Notes: a model not told the origin generated them from the letters alone. Positions 1-10,226 are shown, counted from the first letter of the stretch. The stretch: DNA of 64,000 nt from Nitrospirota bacterium (GCA_963737155.1 CAVTRN010000002.1:2080001-2144000); one strand, 5' to 3'. Translations and numbers: made by a program.

Positions 1-130
1 TTCTTGTAACAATTAATTTCGCTAAAATACATTCGACATTGACACTAAATTGCATTTAATATATAAATAAATTTGGCACAGATGCAATGAATGGCGAGGG
101 AATTTTTTGTAACTAAATAATTCCCGTGGG

Positions 131-270
131 ATAACGTCTCCTTGGCTGCCAAATACGCACAGGCCAAGTTGCCCCCCCCTGTCTAAATTGACAGAGAGGA
201 CCCGAGGCACTACTGTATCCTTACGAAGACAGGGTTTTTCAGTGAGTTCCAGCGAATGAGAATACGTTAT
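131..270 (-). ncRNA. Candidate structured cis-regulatory RNA (four-way junction), family unassigned
   Basis: Minus strand folds as P1 ATAACGT..CTC/GAG-ACGTTAT enclosing three hairpins (GGAACTCACTG/CAGTAGTGCC; CCTCTCTGTC/GACAGGGGGG; CTTGGC/GCCAAG). G-U rather than A-C pairs favour the minus strand. Confidence 0.4.
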
Positions 271-421
271 ATGGCATAGGAGTGGTGATTATCTTAACTA
301 CAGTTATTGTATGTAAGGATCCCATTATATTTCCCAACGAGAAATATCGGACTACAATATAGCAGAATTCATTTGCAGCGGCCGCAATCTCTAAATCTAT
401 GTCGTACACATTGAATGGCGT

Positions 422-1921
422 ATGAAGAATCGTAAGGCAACAGAACCTCTAGTGAGACAGCTATTTTTCGTTTATGTATTTTGTTTATTTGCAGCAACAG
501 CCCTGTTTCAAAACGGCCTGTTCGAGCGCGATGGTTATTATCATGCGCGTCTCGCCCAACTGATGCCGGAGAGGATGATCTCTCGAAACTTTCCCTGGAC
601 GCAGCTCAGCACCTGGAAAGACAGCTACTGCGACAAAGAGTTTTTGTATCACCTCACGATGATGCCGTTTGCCCAGATAGGCAGCAAGCCGATCCTCGGC
701 GCCCGGATATTCGCCACGCTCCTTTCGGTAGCGGTCATTGGAGCGCTCTATTGGGTGCTCCTGGCGAACAAGGTCCGTTGGCCTCTTTTCTTTAGTGCGT
801 TACCTCTCGGCATGGGAGGGTTGTTCATCGCACGGCTCGGCATGATCCGGTCGCATGTGCTCAGCATGCTGCTGCTCATGTTTGGCATTCACTTCCTTCT
901 GCATCGGAGATGGCTGCCCTTATTCGTGTTGGGGTTTATATTTGCCTGGAGCTACACGGTTCCCTTTGTTCTGTTAATCACTGCAGCATCATTCGCTGTG
1001 GGGCAGTGGCTTGGCAGGGGCGGTTTCGATTATCGGTCCGTTGCGGCTGCGGGGATCGGCTCGACCCTGGGCCTCGCTGTGCACCCCTATTCACCGCTGA
1101 CCCTCGAGACGTTCCTCACCTATATACAGATTTTCCGCATGGGGCTACAGGGGGTCGACAAGTCCGGCTTCGAACTCGGCAACGAAATCTATCCCTACTC
1201 CCTGGGTGTTTTTTTTAACATCTATCCTCTGCTTGTTATCCTGATCCCGCTGCTCGTGCTGTTCGTGCTGATTCGCAGAAAGCACCTTTCGGCTGAAACG
1301 CTCGGCGTTTTCCTGTCGGCGCTCTGTTGGTTCGGAATGACCATGGCGTCGGCCCGTTTCGTCGAGTATTCGGTGTTGCTCCTGGTCACTGCGATAGCTT
1401 TGGCGACACGGGATACACTCTCAGCGCAGGACGTTCTTCCGCGTCTGCCTGCAATCGGCAAACGTCTCCGCTGGTTTATTGCTGCCACGGCAATCGGCAC
1501 GCTCTTGGCCTTTCACATCTACTCCATGAAATTCTACGTGTATTATCAGACCAAAGCCGCCCCGCCGCTTTTTTTTCAGGGGGCGTCGCTCTGGATGGAG
1601 CAGCATCTGGCGCCGAACGAAACTGTGATCAATCTGTTCTGGGACGATTTTCCGGACTTGTTTTATGCTGCGCCGCGCCAGCGGTACATCTGGGGTCTCG
1701 ATCCAACCTACACTATCCGCTACGACCGAAATAAGGCGATCCGGCTTGAAAACTTCAGGCGTCATCTAACTCGCCTGGACGGCCGCGCGCTGGCGAACAC
1801 GCTTCAAGCTCACTGGCTCATTCTTCGGGCGAATCGTGTGGATCGCTATCCTGAACTCCGCAGCGCGCCTTTTCGCGAAGTGTACCGCGATAAAGAGGCA
1901 GTGCTATTTAAAATAGAGTAA
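422..1921 (+). CDS. Multi-pass membrane protein, putative GT-C-type (lipid-linked sugar) glycosyltransferase
   Basis: 499-aa ORF, ~11-12 hydrophobic segments, N-terminal loop with D-G-Y-Y-H and D-K-E-F-L-Y-H, soluble C-terminal domain; topology typical of PMT/ArnT-like proteins. Confidence 0.55.
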   Translation: MKNRKATEPLVRQLFFVYVFCLFAATALFQNGLFERDGYYHARLAQLMPERMISRNFPWTQLSTWKDSYCDKEFLYHLTMMPFAQIGSKPILGARIFATLLSVAVIGALYWVLLANKVRWPLFFSALPLGMGGLFIARLGMIRSHVLSMLLLMFGIHFLLHRRWLPLFVLGFIFAWSYTVPFVLLITAASFAVGQWLGRGGFDYRSVAAAGIGSTLGLAVHPYSPLTLETFLTYIQIFRMGLQGVDKSGFELGNEIYPYSLGVFFNIYPLLVILIPLLVLFVLIRRKHLSAETLGVFLSALCWFGMTMASARFVEYSVLLLVTAIALATRDTLSAQDVLPRLPAIGKRLRWFIAATAIGTLLAFHIYSMKFYVYYQTKAAPPLFFQGASLWMEQHLAPNETVINLFWDDFPDLFYAAPRQRYIWGLDPTYTIRYDRNKAIRLENFRRHLTRLDGRALANTLQAHWLILRANRVDRYPELRSAPFREVYRDKEAVLFKIE

Positions 1922-2046
1922 AACGAATTCAACTGCGAGACGTTTTACTGAGGGATTGTAGTATATGAATAATTCACCCAATTCACTAGACGCCTGAAAT
2001 CAAGATTTCCCCTAAAATAAATATGCCGCTCAAATACTATTAATTA

Positions 2047-2075
2047 TTGACAAAACTAATAATATTAGTTATACT
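2047..2075 (+). promoter_or_regulatory. Sigma70-type promoter with palindromic operator in the spacer
   Basis: TTGACA-17 nt-TATACT; inverted repeat AACTAAT-aat-ATTAGTT occupies the spacer; ~100 bp upstream of ORF 2179. Confidence 0.65.
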
Positions 2076-2178
2076 TCTAAGCATGAATAGCTTTATCGGT
2101 AAACATATCACGTAATCATACAAAGCACGGCTCATCAGTCCATATTTTTTGGCACAGAATTTCTATTATTAGGAGGAC

Positions 2179-2541
2179 ATGAATATGATTTACGGCCATA
2201 ACAAACGTTCCATGAATCGACCGACCCGTGAATTCCAAATTACTATCAACGATTCAGATAATCAGGTATATACACTAGATTTCTCTCCTCAGGGCCTCAG
2301 TTTAGGGGGAGCCAAGCTGAATCTTCTTGTAGGAGAACAGGTGAAAATTACCGCCAAGAAGGGCGACAAAATTTATATCTTTACCGGTCAGGTTAAGAGG
2401 CTCGATGGATTGCGGCAGATCAGACGAATCGGCAGGTTGGTGAAAGTGTTCTACGTGATGGCAAACGGCCCAGAGTATCAGGAATTTTATTCACAATTAT
2501 GCGCGATGTCGTCCATACCTACGGCGCTATCGGTTTGTTAA
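2179..2541 (+). CDS. Small PilZ-like domain protein
   Basis: AGGAGG RBS; KRSMNR (RxxxR) and DFSPQG (D/NxSxxG) motifs. Confidence 0.65.
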   Translation: MNMIYGHNKRSMNRPTREFQITINDSDNQVYTLDFSPQGLSLGGAKLNLLVGEQVKITAKKGDKIYIFTGQVKRLDGLRQIRRIGRLVKVFYVMANGPEYQEFYSQLCAMSSIPTALSVC

Positions 2542-3056
2542 ACAAAGACCGGGGGCCGAGTATAAGATAAACCGTCATTGGGTGTCTGCATTTTACCCAG
2601 AGAACAACATGAAGATCGATTTTTACTCATTTAGCATATTGTAATTACTTGAACTTGACAAGCATACACATCAATGCGCGTAATTTTTGATCATTTAATG
2701 CCGTCTCCCTCAGCTAGTTCTTTTCGACTGAGCCCTCACGGCATAGGCTCGTTCTTTACTCCTTGAGCTTCATTTTGTTTTCCCACCACCAATAGGTTTA
2801 TCTTCCCTCTCCCCATCTAAGCAATTAAAAGACTTATAGCGTTCATGTTTTTTTTGCAGGAGGCAAACACGATTTTTTAACATAGGTTTACCATGTAATG
2901 GAGGTGGGTTGGGCATATTTCGTGCAACAATCAACAGGGTGAGAACCTATATCGCTTCTCGGATGAAGTGTGGGGCGATTATTGAAAATATTTTTATTAC
3001 CAAGAAGTACCGCGACATCACAGGAGTTGAGCTAGATAGATATTTCTCTTTAGTAA

Positions 3057-4265
3057 TCACTTATTGTCCTCGTCCACCGCTTTTTGCAGCATTTCTAATA
3101 TACCAGGAATGGCCGAGGTCACCCGGTTCCAATTCGGAATAAGTGGCGGACCGAGAGGGTTCTCACGATACTCCTGCGCTGCCAGCGTAATCCCTCTCGT
3201 AAATGCATCAACCGCCATAGATTCTTCATTTCGGTCGAACAGGAGACCGTTGATCGTGGCATCCGCTTCATACTTCATGATCGTATCTTCTGCCAGTCTC
3301 TGGTAGGCAACAGCCAGCGAATGAACATGATCCTCCGACAATATAACGCCATCCGATGCCAGGGTTCTGAATATCGATTTGCAAATATCGATAGTCATTT
3401 TCATCAAGCCTTTTTCAGGGTCATCCACAGACAATGCCTGGTGCTTATGTTCGTATGTCGCAGCGATATCAACCTGGCATACCCGGCGGGGAGAATAATT
3501 CCTGAAAACTTCGGCCAGCGAGCCCACCTCTAGCCCCCAGTCCCAGGGGATCCTATTCACCCTCGCCATATCTGTTGTCATGCAAAATTCCCCAGCCAAA
3601 GGATAACGGAAGCTATCGAGAAAGATCAGAAAGGGATTATTGCCCGCGACCTTCTGAAGAGCTCGAACCAGAGGTGTAACCAAAAGTCTTGTCACCCTGC
3701 CGTGCATCCGGTCCGTAACCCTGCTATAGAACCCTTTGCAGAACATGTAGTCGAGATTGGGGCTCGCCACGGGGTAGCAGAGCCACGCAAGCATTTCCCT
3801 GCTGTATGTCAAAATGTCGCAGTCATGGAGGGCGATGACATCAGACTTTCCCGAAGCGAGTATATAACCGTATGCAATCCAAGTTGAACGACCCTTTCCG
3901 TCCTGTCCGGCATCAAGACCGTTTCTACGTATTGTGTCGTAAATCTCTTTTATCCGCTTTCCTTCATTATTTATGACCTTCACCTCATAGTTTATGGGGG
4001 CCATAAGCTGCCGGACTTTCAGAAATTCCTTGTCGGATGCCCTGCCGAGAACGAGAATGATCTGCTCAAGATATTTCACCTTGGCAAGTTCATCGATGAT
4101 CCGCGGCATGGCCTTGCCCTCGAATTCCGAGTATAAGGCCGGGAGGACAAGCGCTATCGGCCGAGTCCTGGCGTGTTCCCGCAATTCCATTTCCAGGCGT
4201 TCGAGCGACGGCTTGCCAAGATTGTGCAGCGTGGTGATGATCCCTGTCTGGTGAAAATCCGACAT
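3057..4265 (-). CDS. gpgS: Glucosyl-3-phosphoglycerate synthase
   Basis: N-terminus MSDFHQTGIITTLH, GKGRSTW, HDCDI (DxD), YPLAGEF, DWGLEVG, YEHKHQ motifs of the GpgS family; operon with a HAD phosphatase. Confidence 0.85.
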   Translation of the reverse strand: MSDFHQTGIITTLHNLGKPSLERLEMELREHARTRPIALVLPALYSEFEGKAMPRIIDELAKVKYLEQIILVLGRASDKEFLKVRQLMAPINYEVKVINNEGKRIKEIYDTIRRNGLDAGQDGKGRSTWIAYGYILASGKSDVIALHDCDILTYSREMLAWLCYPVASPNLDYMFCKGFYSRVTDRMHGRVTRLLVTPLVRALQKVAGNNPFLIFLDSFRYPLAGEFCMTTDMARVNRIPWDWGLEVGSLAEVFRNYSPRRVCQVDIAATYEHKHQALSVDDPEKGLMKMTIDICKSIFRTLASDGVILSEDHVHSLAVAYQRLAEDTIMKYEADATINGLLFDRNEESMAVDAFTRGITLAAQEYRENPLGPPLIPNWNRVTSAIPGILEMLQKAVDEDNK

Positions 4266-4274
4266 GACGCCTCC

Positions 4275-4973
4275 TTAAATATGATCAATATCTCGCTTCC
4301 CCTCTTCTTTCTTTTCCGCCTCTTGCTCGATGATTTTCTTGGCGGCCTCAATGCCACCGATCCCGAAGGCAATGGCCAGAGCCAGAACGATGCCACCGAA
4401 GATGATGGAAAAAGCAGCTACTACGATACCAGGAGCAACCTCCAACTGTTCAAGTGCCATGGCAATAAACAGGACCACCAAGAGCAGCCGCACAGCTTCG
4501 GTAAGAAGTCTTGCAAAATGATACCCTCTTGCCACTGCCGAGATCAGGACTGCCCGGCCTATAAATCCTGTCACGATATACCCGATGACGAGGATGAGTC
4601 CTGCGGATAGGACCCTGGGCAGGTAGAGGATGAATTGCGAGATGAGGTTGTCGAATGCCCGTATGTTTAACGCGCTAAATCCCGCCATAAATGCAGCGAG
4701 GACCAGGAGCCAGAACACAAAAGACCCGAAAGCAACCGATGGTTTTGACCACAGGTCGCTCTTTCTCATGACGGAAGTCAATCCCATTCTGTCGCTCCAA
4801 CTGTCGAACTTGATAGCTTCAAGCAGTTTCACCAGAACAAAACGGGCAACTCGAGCGACGACGAGACCGATCAGAATAATGATCAGCATCGCCAGGAGGC
4901 TCGGGCCAAATTGCGAAAATTTGGTGCAAATTTCTTTGAGTGGCTCAAGGATTAATGTGACGGATGCTCCCAT
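4275..4973 (-). CDS. Mechanosensitive-channel-associated membrane protein (TM_helix repeat, CmpX-like)
   Basis: Two 'P-x-L/V-L-A/S..I-L-x-I-G' helix repeats and C-terminal ALAIAFGIGG; the soluble MscS beta domain is absent. Confidence 0.7.
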   Translation of the reverse strand: MGASVTLILEPLKEICTKFSQFGPSLLAMLIIILIGLVVARVARFVLVKLLEAIKFDSWSDRMGLTSVMRKSDLWSKPSVAFGSFVFWLLVLAAFMAGFSALNIRAFDNLISQFILYLPRVLSAGLILVIGYIVTGFIGRAVLISAVARGYHFARLLTEAVRLLLVVLFIAMALEQLEVAPGIVVAAFSIIFGGIVLALAIAFGIGGIEAAKKIIEQEAEKKEEGKRDIDHI

Positions 4974-4989
4974 GATACACCTCCCGAGT

Positions 4990-6249
4990 TTATGTCCAAT
5001 TGTTGATCAAATGGTCTTTATTCTCTTCGAATTCCAAGCAAAGCTTTTCTATCTCCGATTCAGCTTCGCTTTGGCTTTTGTCCCGGACCTCCGTGATGAA
5101 CGAGGCTGTTTTCCCAAGATAGAGCGGTGTCAATGATTTCAGCAGATGCTCACGGGGCAACTTTCGCTTGTGATAGGCAAGGGCATAATCATAGACAATC
5201 CGGGTCCATAAGGTTGGAGGGAACCTGAATTTCTCATCTGGCGAGGCGCCCAGCTTTAGGAGCTCGTCAAAATCCCCCTGTCCGATGACGATTGGCAACA
5301 CCTCTTTGAGATTCGGAACACCCTCTCTGAATATTTTCAGCATTCTTGCCATATCGACATTGACTTGCTCAAGCCCGACTGCATACTGAAACCCGAAGGT
5401 AGGCACCGTTTCCGACCCTTTTACCATTTGCCAAATTCCGGCGTATGACTCCATGAGACTGAAGGAAGATCCTACTACCTGGTAGAGCATAGCCGAGAGG
5501 TCCGAACCGGGGTCTTTGGGGTCGTGTATCTTCGCGCCGAGAAAAGCCTGAGCGACTTTAAAATTATTGGCGATTGCTTCTGTAGTCATCCAGATATCGA
5601 TACCGAACCGGGCAACATCCGTTTGCCACACGTCCCTGGTAAGATAATGCTTTGCCAAGGAGCCCGAGAAACCAAAGTCCCCACCGATAGGCTGGCGCAC
5701 GCGCTTTCCGTAGAGCGCTCGTGTGAGCGGATAGATGATGCTGTTAGTGATCGTCCCGTCGTACTTATGCCTGTGATATAATGGAGCGACATAGTCAACT
5801 CCCTCTTCAAGCACCGGCTTAAGCAACAACTCTATCCACTCAGGTGTGATGCTCCGGAGGTCAGAATCTACCACGGCACACGCCTTGACATTCAGCGCGT
5901 CCGCAATCTCAAAAATGGTACGAAAAGCGCTCCCCTTGCCAGGCAGGCCATGGTAAGGCACTGCCATCTTGAACACGGGCGACACACGGTGAAGAAGCAG
6001 AATGGATTGAAAATCCTCGACAAACGTGTTCTGTACAATGTCCTGAGTTCCGTCGGTCGACCCGCCGTCGGAATCGACAAGTATAACCCTTCGTTCCGGA
6101 AAATATTTCGCAACACCAACCTGCACAGCTTGAACAACGTGACCAATGGAACGCGCGTTATTATAGCTCGGGATGCCGATGAGAATATCAGCAGTCTTTA
6201 TGCGATCGAGCTGCGTAGCTATGTCTTTTCTAGATGTAATGCCATCCAT
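4990..6249 (-). CDS. GT2 glycosyltransferase, glucosylglycerate synthase (Ggs)-like
   Basis: IGIPSYNN, DGGSTDGT, GKGSA, VDSDLRSI, RQPIGGDF, FGIDIWMT, KIHDPKDP motifs; adjacent to glycerate kinase and gpgS/gpgP. Confidence 0.75.
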   Translation of the reverse strand: MDGITSRKDIATQLDRIKTADILIGIPSYNNARSIGHVVQAVQVGVAKYFPERRVILVDSDGGSTDGTQDIVQNTFVEDFQSILLLHRVSPVFKMAVPYHGLPGKGSAFRTIFEIADALNVKACAVVDSDLRSITPEWIELLLKPVLEEGVDYVAPLYHRHKYDGTITNSIIYPLTRALYGKRVRQPIGGDFGFSGSLAKHYLTRDVWQTDVARFGIDIWMTTEAIANNFKVAQAFLGAKIHDPKDPGSDLSAMLYQVVGSSFSLMESYAGIWQMVKGSETVPTFGFQYAVGLEQVNVDMARMLKIFREGVPNLKEVLPIVIGQGDFDELLKLGASPDEKFRFPPTLWTRIVYDYALAYHKRKLPREHLLKSLTPLYLGKTASFITEVRDKSQSEAESEIEKLCLEFEENKDHLINNWT

Positions 6250-6284
6250 GATTTGTCACCGCATGACGTTTCTCTACAGAGAAC

Positions 6285-7625
6285 TTATCCCTCGACGAGG
6301 ATAATATTAAGGTCCATCACATTCGTCCCCGTTGGCCCCGTAAAGACATGGTTATTCAGACCGCAAGCTGAGTCTGCTCTGACAAAAAAAGTGTATGAAT
6401 CGTTATTTTCCAGATAGGTCTCCGGATGATGTATTCCGCATCCGCGCGCCTTTTGAACCGTATATGCATCTACCACGGCACCTGCCGCATCCGTGGGGCC
6501 ATCAGTCCCGTCAGTGCCTGCCGAAAGCATCGTAATTCCCGACAACCCTGAGATTTCCAGTGCGAATGCAAGCGCCAATTCCTGGTTTCTACCGCCCTTT
6601 CCTTTTCCGCGGACCGTGACTGTCGTTTCCCCGCCGGAGAGAAGGCAACGTCTCTCGCCGCGTTTCAAGCTACCCTGCATCCGAATCGCTGATCTTGCCA
6701 AGGTGCAGGCCGCAACACGGGCCTCTCCCTGGAGCTCAAGAGTTTGTATTTCGGTAGTATAGCCTAGCGCTGTTGCCTTTTCCCGCGCGGCAGCAAGAGC
6801 CTGGGCTATGCCACCGACAATCACATTTTGCGTCCTCGTGAAGCAGACGTCGCCGCTTTTCGCTGTCTCCGGCTCGTATCCTGCCAAGCCGCGCTCAATT
6901 AAAGCCATGACACGTGGAGGAAGCGCCGACTTGAGTCCGTACCTGGTGATTACGAAGGCGGCATCGGCATAGGTCGTGCTGTCCGGCACAGTCGGACCAG
7001 AGGCAATAACATCGAGTCTGTCTCCGATCACATCGGAAAGGATCATGGTAACGACGGCGGCAGGATAAGCCGCCTGTGCGAGCCTGCCTCCTTTTATCGC
7101 AGACAGGTGTTTGCGAACCGTATTCAACTCTTGAATGTTTGCACCTGCTTTCAATAGCAGGTCCGTGGTCAGTTGCTTGTCTTCGAGCGTGATGCCAGAC
7201 AGTGGTGCAACAAGCAGCGCGGAGCCTCCTCCCGAGAGAAGGCATATAACGAGCGTCTTCTCGTTGGCCCTTCGTACAAGCTCAAGAATCCGAACTGTTC
7301 CTCGTACTCCAGCTTCATCAGGAATGGGATGTCCCGCCTCAAGCTGTTCAATAATTTTGAGATCGCCTGCATGGCCGTATTTTACAAGAATAATACCTTC
7401 TGCGACGCTGCTTCCCAAAGTTTCTTCCACAGCTTCGGCCATGCGCGCTGTCGCCTTTCCCGCACCAACGACAATGATACGGTCAAAGTGGGCACGATCA
7501 TAAGCGATCCAGCCGTCATCCTGCTGTCCGCCTGTCGACCGCATCACCCTGACCACTGCATGATAGGGATCAACGGCAGCAAGCGCCGCGTTGAATATGT
7601 CTATCAGTTCTATTCTATTAATCAC
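6285..7625 (-). CDS. Glycerate 2-kinase (MOFRL family)
   Basis: GAGKA, AGHPIPD, SGGGSAL, GGETTV, GGRNQE, GTDGTDG, TGTNVMD motifs. Start placed at GTG 7625 overlapping the upstream TGA (GTGA coupling). Confidence 0.9.
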   Translation of the reverse strand: MINRIELIDIFNAALAAVDPYHAVVRVMRSTGGQQDDGWIAYDRAHFDRIIVVGAGKATARMAEAVEETLGSSVAEGIILVKYGHAGDLKIIEQLEAGHPIPDEAGVRGTVRILELVRRANEKTLVICLLSGGGSALLVAPLSGITLEDKQLTTDLLLKAGANIQELNTVRKHLSAIKGGRLAQAAYPAAVVTMILSDVIGDRLDVIASGPTVPDSTTYADAAFVITRYGLKSALPPRVMALIERGLAGYEPETAKSGDVCFTRTQNVIVGGIAQALAAAREKATALGYTTEIQTLELQGEARVAACTLARSAIRMQGSLKRGERRCLLSGGETTVTVRGKGKGGRNQELALAFALEISGLSGITMLSAGTDGTDGPTDAAGAVVDAYTVQKARGCGIHHPETYLENNDSYTFFVRADSACGLNNHVFTGPTGTNVMDLNIILVEG

Positions 7626-8410
7626 TTTAATAGTTCCAGTAATGCACGATTCCATCCCTCCGGCCCGATCCCCTTTGCCCTAATCAAGCCCGGGAGTTCG
7701 ATATTGCGATCATAGCTCCCATCATCCTTTTGTACTAGAACGGCATAATCGACTTCCCTGAGAAGAGACAGGTCATTCAAAGCATCGCCAAGACCTATAG
7801 TAATAATCATACCATGCCGGTATTTGTACCACTGCTTCAAAAGTTTAACTGCTCTTCCTTTGTCGTGGTCTCCCATGAGGAAAAAGAGTTTCCCCCGGGT
7901 CCAATGGAGACCATGTTGTTCAACGGCATTCAGAAAGCTTTCATCAATGGATTTTTCGAAGACAAAGGGCTCGCCGTAGTCCCGTTTCCGCGCCAGTGAT
8001 GCCTCCTCCATGGGTAGGCCTGTCAAAGCAGCAACCTCTTCTGTTGTCATGTCGCCGAAGCCTTTAACCGAAGCCCGCTGTATTTCGCGAAGACGTACAA
8101 ATTCCTTTCTGATTACTTCATAGGGTTTCCCAAACGAGGTCACGTAATATTTCTCCCCGGAAGCAGCTCCGAGAAAAGGGAAATATCCCCTGGGTGTGAA
8201 GACAGCTCCACCATTTTCAACAATGAAAGGGTGCTCATTCTGTAACCGCCTCCGGTAGACTTCCGTTTCTACCCTTGTCTTGCTGGAGCATAATACAAAT
8301 GGGATATCTCTTTCTCTGATCAAATCCAATGCGGACGTGGCTTCCAAAAAAGAATACGTTTTCGGATGCAGCAATGTGCCATCAAGGTCGGTAAAAATAA
8401 CCGTTTTCAT
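7622..8410 (-). CDS. gpgP: Glucosyl/mannosyl-3-phosphoglycerate phosphatase (HAD-IIB)
   Basis: FTDLDGTLL, SSKT, ENGG, DKG and GLGDALND HAD motifs; first gene of the gpgS operon. Confidence 0.85.
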   Translation of the reverse strand: MKTVIFTDLDGTLLHPKTYSFLEATSALDLIRERDIPFVLCSSKTRVETEVYRRRLQNEHPFIVENGGAVFTPRGYFPFLGAASGEKYYVTSFGKPYEVIRKEFVRLREIQRASVKGFGDMTTEEVAALTGLPMEEASLARKRDYGEPFVFEKSIDESFLNAVEQHGLHWTRGKLFFLMGDHDKGRAVKLLKQWYKYRHGMIITIGLGDALNDLSLLREVDYAVLVQKDDGSYDRNIELPGLIRAKGIGPEGWNRALLELLK

Positions 8411-9353
8411 GTGCGCTTAATCCTTCCCATTTTTTATCCACGGAGATACACATCTACCAGACACCTAGAGACATATACGCCTTGGTCCAACTCTATTACT
8501 GGGCTACTGCCATCGGGGAAATCGGGCGCGCTGATCTGAAGCAGGACATGGGACAGGAAGTTATCCTTCTGCGCCATAAAACTCCGTCTCTTCAGGGAGA
8601 GGATATAGGGCGCTGTCTGCAATGCAACCATTAACGTGTTATTTTTGTTTTAAGAGTAAACATATGTCCGCCTTTTGCTATCATTAACAAAGATGATTTA
8701 ACCTGAAAAATAGCCTGAGTATCGATCGATGACCGACGTCGGTAAAATATCAATAACGGATCATAGTACTGCTCTTTTACTTGAACTCATTGGTTGCTCT
8801 CCAATATCACTTTGGAACACTGCCATGAGATGCACCAAGAAAAACATGAAAAACCAACAGGCAAGATCACTACTACTCGAAACTCGATCTGGCTATCATG
8901 ACAATCCCCTTTTTGGTATCAGTGTAACACGGTAGTATGCAAATATCCCAACCAAAAATCCGATTCGGCACTTGTAATTCGGACAAAGAACTGTATAACA
9001 AAAATAAAAAAGTTATTTATTTTGTATATATAGGCCTATGAAACAGAGACTTTAAAATTAGGATCGGCAAAAGCCGTTTCAACAATTCTAAAATTCCTAT
9101 GTCAACGAATTGTGGTGACCCTCGATGATGTACCACGCTAGTTTGAGGGTTTATTAGAAGCATATCACACTTTTAAACTTACTGAAAATAAGGCCGCTTC
9201 TGGCTTAAGTCGGGGATGATACCACAACTAGCATTGACATGTGGCGGGCTAAGATTGCGTAACAACCTAAGATGCCTGTATTTCCTTCTTAAGAGCCAGG
9301 GTTTATTCTATGTATTTTGTGCTTTTGGAGCTACCCATACTCATTTCGGATGA

Positions 9354-9528
9354 AGCAAAATTAGCAACAATGGAAACTTCAGGATATAGAGTTAAATATT
9401 AGGGAGAGGAGAGGGATCCAATGTTCCATATGTTTGGTTCCCCAATGCTGGACTAGATTTGGCGTGTTTTATGTGAATAATACAAGATAAAAAATCAAAT
9501 ATTGCCAAAAGATAGCAAAATTAGCAAC
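9354..9528. repeat. 15-bp direct repeat AGCAAAATTAGCAAC, two copies 160 bp apart
   Basis: Exact copies at 9354-9368 and 9514-9528; degenerate third copy near 9552-9568. Confidence 0.6.
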
Positions 9529-9839
9529 TTCAACTTATTATAAGGAGAGGGGCAAAAACCTTGGCAACGGCTTATCTGACCAAGTTTATGTAGCGGAATA
9601 ATTCCCGGCGTGCACCTGAGTCCCAATGAATCGAGTTCAAGACTCTGTTGAGGCCCTCAAATTGCCAGTGTTGGACAAGGTGCCGCACCAAAGGAGACCA
9701 TATACTAACAAAAGAAAAAACACCTGAAAGATTTTTAAATAATTTTTCACAACAATACACCAGTAACACGAAGTTATTCGCTACAATAACGCCGCAACCA
9801 AAGTCTTTCAAACCATTCAGACAAAATCAGTGCCGGAGT

Positions 9840-10226
9840 TTAAAGCTGTTCGTAGACTTCTTCAACTCTGATAACCAAGACTCCCCTCGCCCAGGGAAAT
9901 AGTTTCTTTGCCGCTTCGAATCTTTCGCCATACTTCTGAATCTGCCCCGTTCCCCTAATCCTGCATCCCTTGCCCGGACCATGATTTCCCTGGACCTGCC
10001 TTGTACCGCAGAGTAGTTCTATCCTGCTATTCATCTCGAGATTATCTTCTGTTTTTTGGTACCCACCGATAGGCACAAGAAGCGTATCGTCATTGATCAC
10101 GCCGAGGGCTTTAACGTATTCCCCCCAAGTGCCCGCCAGATGGGGCCCGTCCGCACCTACTGTTGCAATGGCAATCCATTCCGCTTTGTCCAAGACTTCT
10201 TTGCATTTTTTTTCTATCTTAGCCAT
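9840..10226 (-). CDS. FMN-binding protein, pyridoxamine 5'-phosphate oxidase-like split barrel
   Basis: AIATVGADGPHLAGTW, KTEDNL, VQGNHGPGKGCRIRG, FPWARG; resembles Desulfovibrio FMN-binding protein; GAGGGAG RBS. Confidence 0.85.
   Translation of the reverse strand: MAKIEKKCKEVLDKAEWIAIATVGADGPHLAGTWGEYVKALGVINDDTLLVPIGGYQKTEDNLEMNSRIELLCGTRQVQGNHGPGKGCRIRGTGQIQKYGERFEAAKKLFPWARGVLVIRVEEVYEQL

Noticed and set aside
270-400. M-box (Mg2+) riboswitch suggested by TCCTATGCCATA and GGCCGCTGC on the minus strand
   Set aside because: The conserved AGGTGAGGCT 5' and AAAGCTC 3' elements are absent and the spacing does not fit.
2150-2165. Sigma54 promoter TGGCACAGAATTTCT
   Set aside because: Lacks GC at -12 and sits too close to the RBS; a good sigma70 promoter lies upstream.
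8434-9811. Short ORFs in AT-rich intergenic DNA (also 16745-17128, 24144-24528, 48065-49363, 53318-53641)
   Set aside because: No recognisable motifs or convincing RBS; may include decayed fragments that cannot be identified by eye.
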